Assembly (NCBI GenBank): GCA_964199315.1 | Contig: OZ116708.1 | Location: 28,458,001-28,522,000 of the forward strand | From: Orbicella franksi | Taxonomy: Eukaryota | DNA length: 64,000 nt | Direction: 5' to 3' | Shown here: piece after piece, positions 51,284-62,466 of the stretch | Numbering within the stretch: position 1 is the stretch's first letter | How the letters are laid out: every line of letters starts with the position of its first letter | Program-made: the position numbers and the translations under genes | Notes under the pieces: model-generated | Told to the model about the DNA's origin: nothing | What the model saw: only the letters and a program-made list of their open reading frames with translations | The model's database searches: none

Positions 51284-51560
51284 CTAAGGTAAAGGTTAAA
51301 TCTGTATAGAAGCCAGATGGCCCACGAGGCCTGAGCTTATCCTGGTTTCTGTTGCCTGAAGCGACTAGGAGTATTTCTATTGCCCCCAGGGTTGCTCCCA
51401 GCATTACGTTAGCTGGTTCTCATTTATACACCTGGGTGGAGAGAGGCACTGCAAGAGTTAAGTGACTTGCCCATGAACACAATGCAATATCCCCTGCTAG
51501 GGCTCAAGCCCAGACCACTTGATCCAGAGACGAGCGCACTAACCATGAGGCCACTGCGCC
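51284..51560 (-). mobile_element. tRNA-derived SINE
   Basis: The minus strand starts AGGCGCAGTGGCCTCATGGTTAGTGCGCTCG (A-box-like) and ends in a (TTTACC)-like tail. Confidence 0.75.
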
Positions 51561-51969
51561 TTCCACACAAACCACCCATAGTTGACCAATATTTACTAAC
51601 AGGTTGGGGAGATACCAGCTACAGTTGACCAATATACCAAAGATAGTTCACTAATACACCACAGACAGATGACCAATATATTACTCACAGTTAACACATA
51701 TATTACATACAGTTGGCCAATATACCATTGGCAGTTGATTTATACAGCAGCAGCTGTCAATTGATAGTTAACTAGCAGCTGACCTATGTACCATCAATAT
51801 ATCAGAGACACTTGCTGATATTTAAATGACCCTTATTTACCAGAGACAATTGACCAGTGTTCAGCTTACTATTTATTTTAAGCTTCGTTTCGTATACAAA
51901 TATCTCAAATTTGAATTAAAACAGCCCTTGTAGGTTTTAATTGAAAATGTTATTCCATTTTTCAGGTAG

Positions 51970-52062
51970 AAGAGATGGATATTCAGCTGCAACAGCCATA
52001 TTTTCGCAAGGCTCAGCAACATGAATGAGGAAAAGATGGACTGGATTTTTAATGAGACAAAG
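51970..52062 (+). CDS. Isolated candidate coding exon (KRWIFSCNSHIFARLSNMNEEKMDWIFNETK)
   Basis: Polypyrimidine tract plus CAGGTAG tandem acceptor, 93-nt open frame and AAG/GTGAGC donor. May belong to the unknown gene starting at 32898. Confidence 0.4.
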
Positions 52063-52404
52063 GTGAGCAGTAGTTGCAGCTTTTGGACCGTGACAATGTC
52101 TTAATCAACTTAACTAATATGGATAGTGTTATGTAATGTGTTAAAAGTTGACTTTAAGTATAGAATTATTTTATCTCTGATACATATGTATTGGTGGATA
52201 TGTACTTGGACCGATATATTTACATGTAGTAGTTCACCAATATTGTTCACAGACACATTACCTCTAATTTTCCAATACTTTGATCACCGATACATAGCCG
52301 ATTTACTACCATCAGCTGGGTTAGGTACATGTATGACAGATACTGCTATTCAACTGATGCCTAACTGATGTATGTACCAAACGCACTTAACAAATATGCA
52401 TGGA

Positions 52405-52690
52405 CACACTTTATTTAGACACGGTCGAAACATCAGTTACAAGATCGAGATTTTAAAAAAAGCCGATTTACATGTTTGCCGTGTGGGAGTACAAGGAGGA
52501 CAGTTGGTGATTTATCTCATTTCTAAAGTTAATAAAAGATCTAATGGCTCTGACGTTGGATGGAAGGCTATTCCACAAATATGCCCCACTGTAGCAGCAA
52601 CTACGTTTCAATAAATTGGGGTTGGCAGAGCCAATTTGTTTTCAATATTTCTGAGTCCATGGTCCGTGCTGAAGGGCTTAAATAGGCCTA
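52405..52690 (-). mobile_element. L2/CR1 LINE 3' fragment
   Basis: Minus-strand translation HGLRNIENKLALP...YSGAYLWNSLPSNVRAIRS, ending with AATAAAG near 52410. Confidence 0.7.
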
Positions 52691-53750
52691 GAGTCCAGGG
52701 CTCGAAAAAAACTTGAATTCCAGCTGCCCTTGGGACAAGTATGTCTCAAATATTTCTTGCCGTGGGCAAGCCTTAGTTTGCTCTTTTTATGATTTAGTTG
52801 CATTGGCAGACAACTTGCCTGATGCCTTGCCCATCAGGCAAGTCAGAATGAAAAGGTACTTCCTCAGAAGGAGAATCTACTTGTTCTGGACAACTGGACG
52901 GCACTATTTTTGGCACTTGACTGATAAACCACCAACTAATATAGCCCGTGTTTTCAAGAAAGATGTTTACCTTGGTTTTGTTTTAACTTTCCTGAAGTGA
53001 AATTTTTAAATGTGTAAACACCGTAGTAAACCCCCTTAAATGGCAGCAAAATCAAAAGTAAGTCAACCCAGGTTTGTCGATAGTTGAACGCCTCATCAGG
53101 CATGGTTTAGCTTAGTAACAGACGGTAACTGAGGAAAAGCAGACATTGTCGCTACATCTTGGCAGCAAGTGTTCACGAGTTCAGTGCGTAAAGAAGAGAA
53201 AAAAAGACAAAGATTCCCCCTAATAAAAGTAGGTTTCAAGTCAATGGGCAAGAAAAGCTAAATTAACTCTTACGAGTTTAGGCAAAGAAAGTCCAGACAA
53301 TTGTTTCCCTTTCACTCTCGAGTGTCATAAGCATTTCCTTTCTGTTAGAGGCTCAGTTGCTCAACAGCAGGGTACATGCAGGCACAAGAAGAAGACCTGT
53401 TGGTCACAAAGAGAAAGAGAGAGAGAGAGAGAAAAACATCACCGATTCCCCTGAAACATGGCAAACGTGCACAACATCACTATTATGTTAACTAAGTGCA
53501 GCAGTTTGATTAAACTGTCTATTGTTTACGAGATATGTCAATCAAACTGTCAAATTTGTGGTAAGAATATACATCAAGTTTGATCACTTGTTGCAAGCTA
53601 GAAACAACTTGAAATGACATTATATTTCTGCATAGAGTAGTTCAAACCCTTAGAAATAAAACGTTGAGTAAACTTCCGTGGCTTATTTTTTTGGCCAGGA
53701 GCTAAATTTCAACTCACCCTAGTCAAGTCATATCTAAACAGTAGGGTCTT

Positions 53751-54550
53751 TTAAGGGCCCATTAACCGATTTATGTGCGCCCTTGCGTGCGTTGCTAAGG
53801 AGGTGAAATTTCACTTCCGGTTACTTAAGTCAGCCCGAGGCAGAAAATAAAAATAATTCAATAACTTCCAAATTCGCACACATTTTAGTTGTTTTTCTTC
53901 GTGTTTCACAAAATGCAAAGTAAAAAAAGTACAAGCAAAGACAAAATAAGAGAAAGACAGAAAAACAAGAGCAATAGAAAGAGAAAAACTAACTCCGTGT
54001 GGCTTTGTTTGATCTTACCAAAATGTGCTGGTGGTGTAAAGTGTGCACACGCTGATAGGGTAACTTCCAATATATATCAGGCGCACTTCCAGTTTCTTTA
54101 AATGCTAAAGGAAACCCGGTTTTTCCTTAAATCCAGCCTTTTTTGACGGACTTAAATTAAAGGCAACGTTGGAAACATAGCTATGCATTCTTTTTTCAAA
54201 ATCATGCTGTTTTCAAAAAATTGCGAACTTTTTAATATTTTGAAATTCTCTCAAAATTTGACCTTTTAGAAATGAAACAAAATCTATGCATAGTGCAATG
54301 AGGATTTAAATTAAAATATTAAATCAATGAAAAAAATTCCGATAAAGTAATTTGCCTGGGAGCCTTTGCATTTTTTCAGTATTGGTCACATGACTATGGG
54401 CGTGGACTGATGAGGTCATCACTAGTGTTGCTGATCATGAAAAAGTTAAAACACATGAAAAAAACTCTGAAGTAGCTCAAAATGACGAGGTTATATGAGA
54501 ATAAATTTTCCCTAGCAACGGCTTGAAAAGATTGGTTAATGGGCCCTTAA
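53751..54550. mobile_element. Non-autonomous Kolobok-like DNA transposon, 800 bp
   Basis: TTAA-GGGCCCATTAACC...GGTTAATGGGCCC-TTAA termini. Confidence 0.8.
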
Positions 54551-55155
54551 GTTGGTGTTTGAAGTGATGCGGCCTGTTTTTCCAATCAAATTTGGAGCTA
54601 TCTAAAGCTTGCCAAAGAAATGATCTTTCAGTTTGAAAAGCAAAAACTCTGTGAAGGACGCTGTTGGAAAACCTCTCTTTGCATCATTTACTAATGTTTG
54701 TTTGTGACAATATGCAAATTAGCTCGACATGGAATTACTGTCAGAATGTTCATTGTTTGTTAGTCTATACTTTAAAAAACTGTATCCATCAACACCGTGA
54801 TTGATTGTGACTTTTTAATTGTGGATTTTGTAGATGTACACTACTGATTTCTTTCACTCGTCCATTGTTTTTTCTTTTCACTATACTTTTTATAGCGGAG
54901 CTCGGGCGGCCCAAAGGGCCGCTAAGCGGAGGCCCATACTCATATAGGAAAGAAAAGAAAACCCACGAGTTGATTTTTTTGGGGGACTGGGGCTGACCAT
55001 CATGGTGTCGAGCTCACTGCTTCTATAGCTCCACAAACTATGGCGATTTAATGATTTGTAAGCTGAAGTTTTGGTTATGCATGGTGAACAAAAAGGTTAG
55101 ATGGACTATTTCTACACAAATATTTGGCTGATGTAGCTGGACCTGGATTTTAAAG

Positions 55156-58100
55156 ATGCCACCGAAGGAAAAAAAAGTGGCCACGAGGTTCAAGTTCATC
55201 GACCGGGGAGGCTGACGAAATTCTTGAGAGGCTGTTAAGCATCCAAAATCGCATTGAAAATGGATTTACAAAGATTTACGATGAAATAGAAACTTTGAAG
55301 ACTGAACTAAACCACAATATCAAGTCTGTTAAAGAAGAACTGGGTGAGACAACAAAATCTCTAAATGCCGTATGGGAAGAAGTTCGATTGCTCAAAGAAG
55401 AGAACAAAGAGCTAAAAAAGCAACTTGACAGCACCACTAAAAAGAGTGATACTTTAGAGAAGAAGGTCGAAACCCTAAGGAGCGACTGGTAAAACAGGAG
55501 GATTACTCAAGAAGGGAAAATTTACGTTTTTATAATATCCCAGAAGAACCAAATGAGATGAACAAAGAATGTTTTCAGAAGCTGAGGCAAGTTTTGACCG
55601 AGCTCGGAGCGCCTTCAGATGTCAAATTTCATGGGGTTCATCGTACAGGAAAGCCAAATGTGGGCACACGAACACCTTCAACATCGAATGAAGAAGAGAT
55701 ACAGGGACCACCTCGCCCGCGACCAATATTAGCCCGTTTTCTATCGCGTATGGACTGCGATTTGGTGTGGTTTAAGAGAAAGGAATTGCTGAAGAGCGCC
55801 CGTTTCCCGACTGTATTTATCGACAAGGATCTCTCTCCAGAATCTGCTAAAGACCGAGCTAAATTATGTGCTGCCTTTAGGAAAGCTAAACAACTGAACA
55901 TTGCTAAGGTACTACTCAGAGGTAAAAGTCTAATTATAAATAGTAGTAAATATTCTGTAGACACATTACCAGAGTACTCGCTGCCAAGCGAGCAATCAAC
56001 TACTCCTGAGTAAAAACCTTTGATTGACTTTATTTCCATTTTATTTTGTAAAGCCGATGATCGGCTTTTATCGTTTAAGGCGCCACCAAACCTCTCAACT
56101 GATAGGCAATTTATAAGTCTTAACTTTGCTTTGGTGTCGCTAAAATTGCGATGTAAATGGTAATTAGAATTGCGATAAAATTCTTGCATACCAAAATTTA
56201 ACGGAATGAAACACCAAAACATTTAATTCGCCAAAGTTTTTTCATTAGCACCTAACATTTTTGTTTTGTTTTTATAACAATAGCTGAATAAGTCCAAAGT
56301 CCCAAGGGTCCAAACCAAGGTTCAAATCTTGAGACCCTTTTACCATCTAATCAGTTTAGTTTTTTGTTTTAATATGTGTTTAAAATGTCTATTTAGTGAG
56401 TGTACGTGTTATTGCTTCTATGTATACTGCATAGACTTTTCTTTTGGAGCTGCCAGTTAGGAAACAGCTCTTTTGAGTCAAATAATGATTATACAATGGC
56501 AAGCAAAAAGGAGAATGTGAATTTTAAACTTCTTTCGCTTAACGTACGTGGAATCCGTTCGCTCGAAAAAACGGAAAGCTTTGTTTATCTGGTTGAATAA
56601 GCAAAAAGCAGACATTATTTTCCTCCAAGAAATGTACAGTTCAGTAGAAATCGAGAATATATGGAGAACCCAATGGAATGGGAAAATGTTTTTCGCGCAT
56701 GGATCAAATCACAGTTGTGGCGTTATAACACTCGTTAGAAATGATTTAGATTTTGAAGAAGAATCCTGCAAGTGTTACCAAAATGGTAGATTTATAATTT
56801 TGAATGCGTCTGTGCAAGGAGTTAAATATGTCTTTGCCAACATCTATGCACCAAATAAGGTACGTCATCAATGTACTTACTTTAAAGATTTATATGAAAA
56901 ATTGGACGACATCATAACAAGCGCTGAACAAAACGTTATCATTGGAGGTGACTTCAATGTCACTTTTGATTCAAGTCTGGACTGTTTGGGTGGTTCACCA
57001 GCAAAAACAGAATTGGTTAAGATTCTTGAAGAAATCTGTTTGGATCTGGATTTGATCGATATCTGGAGAGTAAGAAATCCGAAAGAGAGGCTGTTTACTC
57101 TGAAGCAAACCAAACCTTTGATCCAAAGAAGACTAGATTTTTGGCTGATTAGTGACACCTGCCAAGATGAAGTCGAAGAAGTTAAAATTATACCTTCTAT
57201 AAAGTCAGATCATTTAGCATTTACATTAATTTTTAATGGCATAGAAGAACAAAAGCATGGTCCATCTCATTGGAAATTCAACTCTACTTTGACTAAGGAT
57301 GACGAACATGTAAAACTTATTAGTGAAAGTGTACCCGTTTGGATTGAGGAATTTAAAGAGGTCAATGACAAAAGAGTGCTCTGGGATCTTATAAATATGG
57401 AATCCGACAAGTTTCTATAAAATATAGTAAAGGGAAAGCATGGCTAAGAAAAGACAAATTGCTAGAAATAGAAACACTTCTTAAAGTGTACCAGGAAAAA
57501 TGCCCTACTGATCCATCAGCAGAAAATATTGAGCAGCTTGAAATTCTTCAAAGTAAGTACGATGCACATTTTGATTACCTTTCGAAAGGAGCTATTATTC
57601 ATTCGAGAGCGTCCTGGTACGAGAAGGGTGAAAAAAATAATAAGTACTTTCTAAGCTTAGAATCTCATAAAAAGGCCAAAAGTTGTGTCCATAAAGTTTT
57701 TACTAAAAAAGGAACTTTAAGCTCAGACCCAAAGAAAATTATGAATGAGATTGAAGATTTTTACACAGATTTATACGGTCTCGAGAGTAACCTACCAGAA
57801 TTTGCAGATTCCTTTTTTCAACATTCTGCAATTTCTAAACTCTCACCAGATAGAGCAGCAACTTGTGAAGGAAAGCTAATGGTGGAAGAATGTTTTAAAA
57901 GCCTACAATCCTTTAAAGAAAACAAATCACCAGGAAATGATGGACTTACTGTAGAATTTTATAAAACATTCTGGGGTGTTCTGGGTAATCTTCTAGTAGA
58001 AAGTCTAAATTGTGCTTTTGGCTACAGTGAGTTATCAAATTCACAAAAGCAAGCGATTATAACTTTGATAGAAAAGAAAGGAAAAGACAGAAGACATATT

Positions 58101-59595
58101 TCCAATTGGAGACCAATCTCGTTAATAAATGCGGATGCAAAGATTGGATCAAAAGCAATTGCAAGAAGACTTCAGGGGGTTTTACCTGATATAATACATC
58201 ATGATCAAAATGCTTATGTTAAAGGAAAGTCTATCTTTGACGCAGTTAGAAGTATTGACGATATTTTATAATTTACTGAACAGAAAAAGATCAAAGGTTT
58301 TATGCTAGCAATTGATTTTAAAAAAGCGTTTGATTCGCTTAACAGAAGTTTTATGTTTGAAACGCTGTTAACTTTTAACTTTGGCCCTTCCTTCGTGCGT
58401 TGGATTAGGACTTTTTATCAAAATATAACAAGTTCAGTTATGAATAATGGTTTTTGGACTGGCCCATTCAACGTACGGAGAGATGTTAGACAAGGTGACC
58501 CCCTATCAGCGTATTTGTTTATTATCTGTCTTGAAATTCTTACTATCTCTGTGCGTGAAAATAACAATATCCAGGGGATTCAAGTCGATAAGGAAGAAAT
58601 TAAACTTGAAATGTTTGCCGACGATGTTACAGCCTTTGTAAGAAACAGGAGATCTCTTGAAGCCCTTCTCTGCACTACTGACTTGTTTAGTAAGTGCTCT
58701 GGACTTGAAATCAACTCCGAAAAAACTGAATGTATGCTTTTGGGTAATCGAGTCTCCTTGGCAGCAATGGATGTCATTCCTCCAAAAACATCCGAATTAA
58801 AGACACGGTTAAAATTTTAGGTGTTTACTTTACTTACAATGAAAGTCAAAGAAAAAAGTTAAATTTTGATGAAATTCTTAAATCCATTAAAGAAAAGTTG
58901 CAAAGGTGGAAGTGGAGGGACCTTACCATTCTAGGAAGAATTCAGATTGTAAAGACGTTTGTGACACCATTGTTCATGTACCGAGCCAGTTTAATTTGTG
59001 TGCAAAAAGATACCGTAATGGAAGTCAACAGATTACTCTTCCAGTTCATCTGGAAAGGAAACGATAAAGTCAAACGTTTATCACTTGTAAGTGATATCGA
59101 TAAAGGTGGACTAAAAGCGCCTCACGTAGAATCGATTATTAAAAGCCAAAGGATCATGTGTTGCAAGAAATTTGCCGATGATCAACAAAGTAATTGGAAG
59201 ATTATTCTTTCCCATTACCTAAAAATGTGGGGTCGAAACTACTTCTGCGCTGTACTTTTGACTTAAAGAAATTGCCTATTAATTTACCCATTTATTTTGA
59301 AGAATGTCTGCGATGTTTTGCAGTAGAATGTAGAATAACTGAGTAGAATAACTGAACAAGCACTTTGTCAAGAAATACACAACAAGTTTATTTGTATACA
59401 AGTTAGGTCCATTTTCTACGAAGAGTTATTTAGAAAAGGAATTATTACACTTGGGGATCTTACGACTAAAGAAAATGCAGTATTCACAGGGTTTCAAATT
59501 ATTACAAGCTCTTCGCTTACATCCAAAGAAAAGTTTCAGCTAATGGCGATAATAGACGCATTACCTGCACAGTGGCGACAACATTTAAAAAACAC
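55156..59595 (+). mobile_element. Decayed L1/Tx1-clade LINE (ORF1 and ORF2), 3' end cut off
   Basis: ORF1 (about 55156-56013): coiled coil then RRENLRFYNIPE, VHRTG and PRPILARF. ORF2 from ATG 56496: LSLNVRG, FLQE, NIYAPN, GGDFN, SDH endonuclease; KSPGNDGLTVEFYK, IDFKKAFDS, RQGDPLS, FADD RT. Several frameshifts and stops. Confidence 0.92.
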
Positions 59596-59738
59596 ACATA
59601 TAAAGTGAGGGTTCTGGCGCAGCGCTCACGCACACTGTGCAAGCGTAACGCAACTCCTCATCTCAAAGATTCGGAGTTGCGTCACGCTTGCACTGTGTGC
59701 GTTCGCTTGCGACCAGAACTCTCACTTTATATGTGTGT
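59592..59738. repeat. 147-bp imperfect palindrome at the LINE / virus-like junction
   Basis: Arms 59592-59657 and 59673-59738 are reverse complements with a few mismatches or bulges. The central 15 nt hold a further ATCT-CAA-AGAT mini-stem. Confidence 0.92.
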
Positions 59739-59991
59739 GTGTACAAAGAACATCAGTTGTTGAAAGCAAAGCTCGACAAGGATACAGCGTGTTGCGTGAG
59801 CACTGCGCCAGAACGGTGAGTGTATGTACGCACCAGTGCACCAGTAAAATTTGGCGAAAAAGCGGGTCCAGCAAAGCTGCAACGTCCGTAATCAATATGC
59901 GCGGACGTGCCTTTCACTGGTATATATAGAAAACCGCACCAGAAAAATTTTCCCATTGGAGAAGTGCACGCTCAGTGTATACTGTGCCGAC

Positions 59992-60345
59992 ATGGCTGCC
60001 TGTGGACTTTCCGAGGCCATCCAAAATCTCCCTCCAGAGCTCCGTGAGATGATTTTCAAGGAGTACATTGCGAAAAAAATCAAGGAAAAAAAAGAAATGG
60101 GGTGGGGGAAAGTACACGAAAATCTTAAAAAACTACCGTTTTGCGAACTGAAGCAGCAAATAGCCCGCATGATAATATGTTTCGATGATCCAGACTGTCC
60201 TTTCGAAGGGAAATGTTCTCGCTGTTTTGATGAGGGAAATGTTCATGAAATGCGGAGGTCCGAGTTCAGTGGGTTTATAATTCCATGTTCTTTGGGTGCT
60301 TATGATTATCACGAATTATTTCTTACCGACTACATAATGTTTTAG
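59992..60345 (+). CDS. Virus-like F-box-like / Cys-rich protein A, copy 1 (117 aa)
   Basis: Intronless ORF with IQNLPPELREMIFKEY (F-box-like LPxEL..MIF) and a C-terminal Cys cluster with CxxC. Confidence 0.65.
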   Translation: MAACGLSEAIQNLPPELREMIFKEYIAKKIKEKKEMGWGKVHENLKKLPFCELKQQIARMIICFDDPDCPFEGKCSRCFDEGNVHEMRRSEFSGFIIPCSLGAYDYHELFLTDYIMF

Positions 60346-60422
60346 CGAAAAGCATCATCCGCCAAAGCCATTGCGGCGACGGCGCTGCGCCGGGGGTACA
60401 ACTCACAACAAAGGAGTGTGAC

Positions 60423-60830
60423 ATGTTAGAAACAAGCGAGCACGTTGTTATACCACCAGAGCCAGGGATGGCACGAGCCCCAAACAAGTGTGGGTGGCTG
60501 ATGCGGGGCCGGAAAGAAAGCTGCAGGCTTTCAGAGGCCATTCAAAACCTCTCTCCAGAGCTTCGTGAGATGATACTCAAGGAGTATCTCGCGATAAAAA
60601 AGAGGCAAAAAAAGGAAATGGGCTGGGATGAGGTACATGACGAGATTGAAGAGGCACCGATCTGCGAAAAACGATCAAGAATTGTAAAGGTCATGTTTTG
60701 CCGTAAATGCAACTCTTGTGGCATAAACGGGCTCTGTTACGAGTGTTATAAAAATGCAGAAAAACATTATCTTGCCTACCCCATGTATGATGAGAACGAC
60801 CACGCCGAAATCTTTCAGAAATTTTACTAA
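60423..60830 (+). CDS. Virus-like F-box-like / Cys-rich protein B, copy 1 (up to 135 aa)
   Basis: Paralogue of A: IQNLSPELREMILKEY...KKEMGW, then CRKCNSCGINGLCYEC. Confidence 0.65.
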   Translation: MLETSEHVVIPPEPGMARAPNKCGWLMRGRKESCRLSEAIQNLSPELREMILKEYLAIKKRQKKEMGWDEVHDEIEEAPICEKRSRIVKVMFCRKCNSCGINGLCYECYKNAEKHYLAYPMYDENDHAEIFQKFY

Positions 60831-60972
60831 CTGACAAAGCTTTATCTTTGTTTTTATCTCCCAAGGAGGCCGAACCTTCTATTTTCAAAGTGTCCCAACG
60901 CACTTTCGGAATCGGGTCTTCGAAATAGATAGTCTGCCCGTTCTGTTGCGTGGCAATAGTGAGAACAACCAT
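60820..60972 (-). pseudogene. 5' fragment of a Polinton/adintovirus-type minor capsid (penton) gene
   Basis: MVVLTIATQQNGQTIYFEDPIPKV..WDTLKIEGSASLG resembles the N-terminus of the protein whose C-terminus is at 63758-64000 (recalled family pattern). Truncated at a junction. Confidence 0.55.
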
Positions 60973-61007
60973 TTTATATTCAACAAATAAAATTGTGTTC
61001 AAATAAT

Positions 61008-61577
61008 ATGGCAAATGTGTGGAAAGATCCAAACATTGTGATAAAAGACGCAATAGCCAAGACAAACGCATTGATAGAATTTGCAGCACATTTCCCCAAG
61101 GCCGATAGATCCCGTTTCATCGCTCAGGGGAATACAGACGGAAAAAACGTTACAGAAGAAATCTTTTTCAAAGAGGGCCCAGGCTCCCTTCAAAGCGTCT
61201 TCGGCTCAGACAAAAAATGTTGGAGCGAGGAAATGAAAAAGGCGTTGGGTTTGGAAGACAAGCGCTCGGGGGAAATTGGAAGGTTTCCTTACCAGCTGGC
61301 GCCGCTTGGTTCAAAAGTTTCCTTGCCCATCCCTGCCGTACCTTTCGACGGCAAAGCACAAAGTTTGAAAAAAATATTCGATACCCCCATCCAAATATAT
61401 GTCACGCCTGAACAATATTTTACGACAAAATTCCGAGAAATATTTGAAAAAACCAAACTCAGGCACATGTCGGCAGTCGAATCAAAACGCTGGCTGGGAG
61501 GGCCTGACATGAAATATTGGCCACAGCAGCTCAACTTCGCGGTTTTCTGCTTGACACAGGGGTGCGGAGTTTCTCGC
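61008..61577 (+). pseudogene. Truncated conserved Polinton/adintovirus-type protein (WPQQLNFAVFC family)
   Basis: Intronless 190-codon frame ending KRWLGGPDMKYWPQQLNFAVFCLTQGCGVSR at the duplication breakpoint. The motif is recalled from invertebrate Polinton-like elements. Confidence 0.6.
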
Positions 61578-61627
61578 GAAAAATTTTCCCATTGGAGAAG
61601 TGCACGCTCAGTGTATACTGTGCCGAC

Positions 61628-61981
61628 ATGGCTGCCTGTGGACTTTCCGAGGCCATCCAAAATCTCCCTCCAGAGCTCCGTGAGATGATTTTCAAGGAGT
61701 ACATTGCGAAAAAAATCAAGGAAAAAAAAGAAATGGGGTGGGGGAAAGTACACGAAAATCTTAAAAAACTACCGTTTTGCGAACTGAAGCAGCAAATAGC
61801 CCGCATGATAATATGTTTCGATGATCCAGACTGTCCTTTCGAAGGGAAATGTTCTCGCTGTTTTGATGAGGGAAATGTTCATGAAATGCGGAGGTCCGAG
61901 TTCAGTGGGTTTATAATTCCATGTTCTTTGGGTGCTTATGATTATCACGAATTATTTCTTACCGACTACATAATGTTTTAG
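61628..61981 (+). CDS. F-box-like protein A, copy 2
   Basis: Identical translation to 59992-60345, offset 1636 bp. Confidence 0.65.
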   Translation: MAACGLSEAIQNLPPELREMIFKEYIAKKIKEKKEMGWGKVHENLKKLPFCELKQQIARMIICFDDPDCPFEGKCSRCFDEGNVHEMRRSEFSGFIIPCSLGAYDYHELFLTDYIMF

Positions 61982-62058
61982 CGAAAAGCATCATCCGCCA
62001 AAGCCATTGCGGCGACGGCGCTGCACCGGGGGTACAACTCACAACAAAGGAGTGTGAC

Positions 62059-62466
62059 ATGTTAGAAACAAGCGAGCACGTTGTTATACCACCAGAGCCA
62101 GGGATGGCACGAGCCCCAAACAAGTGTGGGTGGCTGATGCGGGGCCGGAAAGAAAGCTGCAGGCTTTCAGAGGCCATTCAAAACCTCTCTCCAGAGCTTC
62201 GTGAGATGATACTCAAGGAGTATCTCGCGATAAAAAAGAGGCAAAAAAAGGAAATGGGCTGGGATGAGGTACATGACGAGATTGAAGAGGCACCGATCTG
62301 CGAAAAACGATCAAGAATTGTAAAGGTCATGTTTTGCCGTAAATGCAACTCTTGTGGCATAAACGGGCTCTGTTACGAGTGTTATAAAAATGCAGAAAAA
62401 CATTATCTTGACTACCCCATGTATGATGAGAACGACCACGCCGAAATCTTTCAGAAATTTTACTGA
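62059..62466 (+). CDS. F-box-like protein B, copy 2
   Basis: One amino-acid difference from copy 1 (HYLAYP versus HYLDYP), and a TGA rather than TAA stop. Confidence 0.65.
   Translation: MLETSEHVVIPPEPGMARAPNKCGWLMRGRKESCRLSEAIQNLSPELREMILKEYLAIKKRQKKEMGWDEVHDEIEEAPICEKRSRIVKVMFCRKCNSCGINGLCYECYKNAEKHYLDYPMYDENDHAEIFQKFY

Noticed and set aside
55638-56222. 194-aa minus-strand ORF
   Set aside because: Antisense to Tx1 ORF1 and the inter-ORF region, with no recognisable domain.
61578-61688. C-terminal part of the 231-aa ORF 60993-61688 and N-terminal part of ORF 61517-61981
   Set aside because: Chimeric read-through across the duplication breakpoint at 61577/61578, not native protein sequence.
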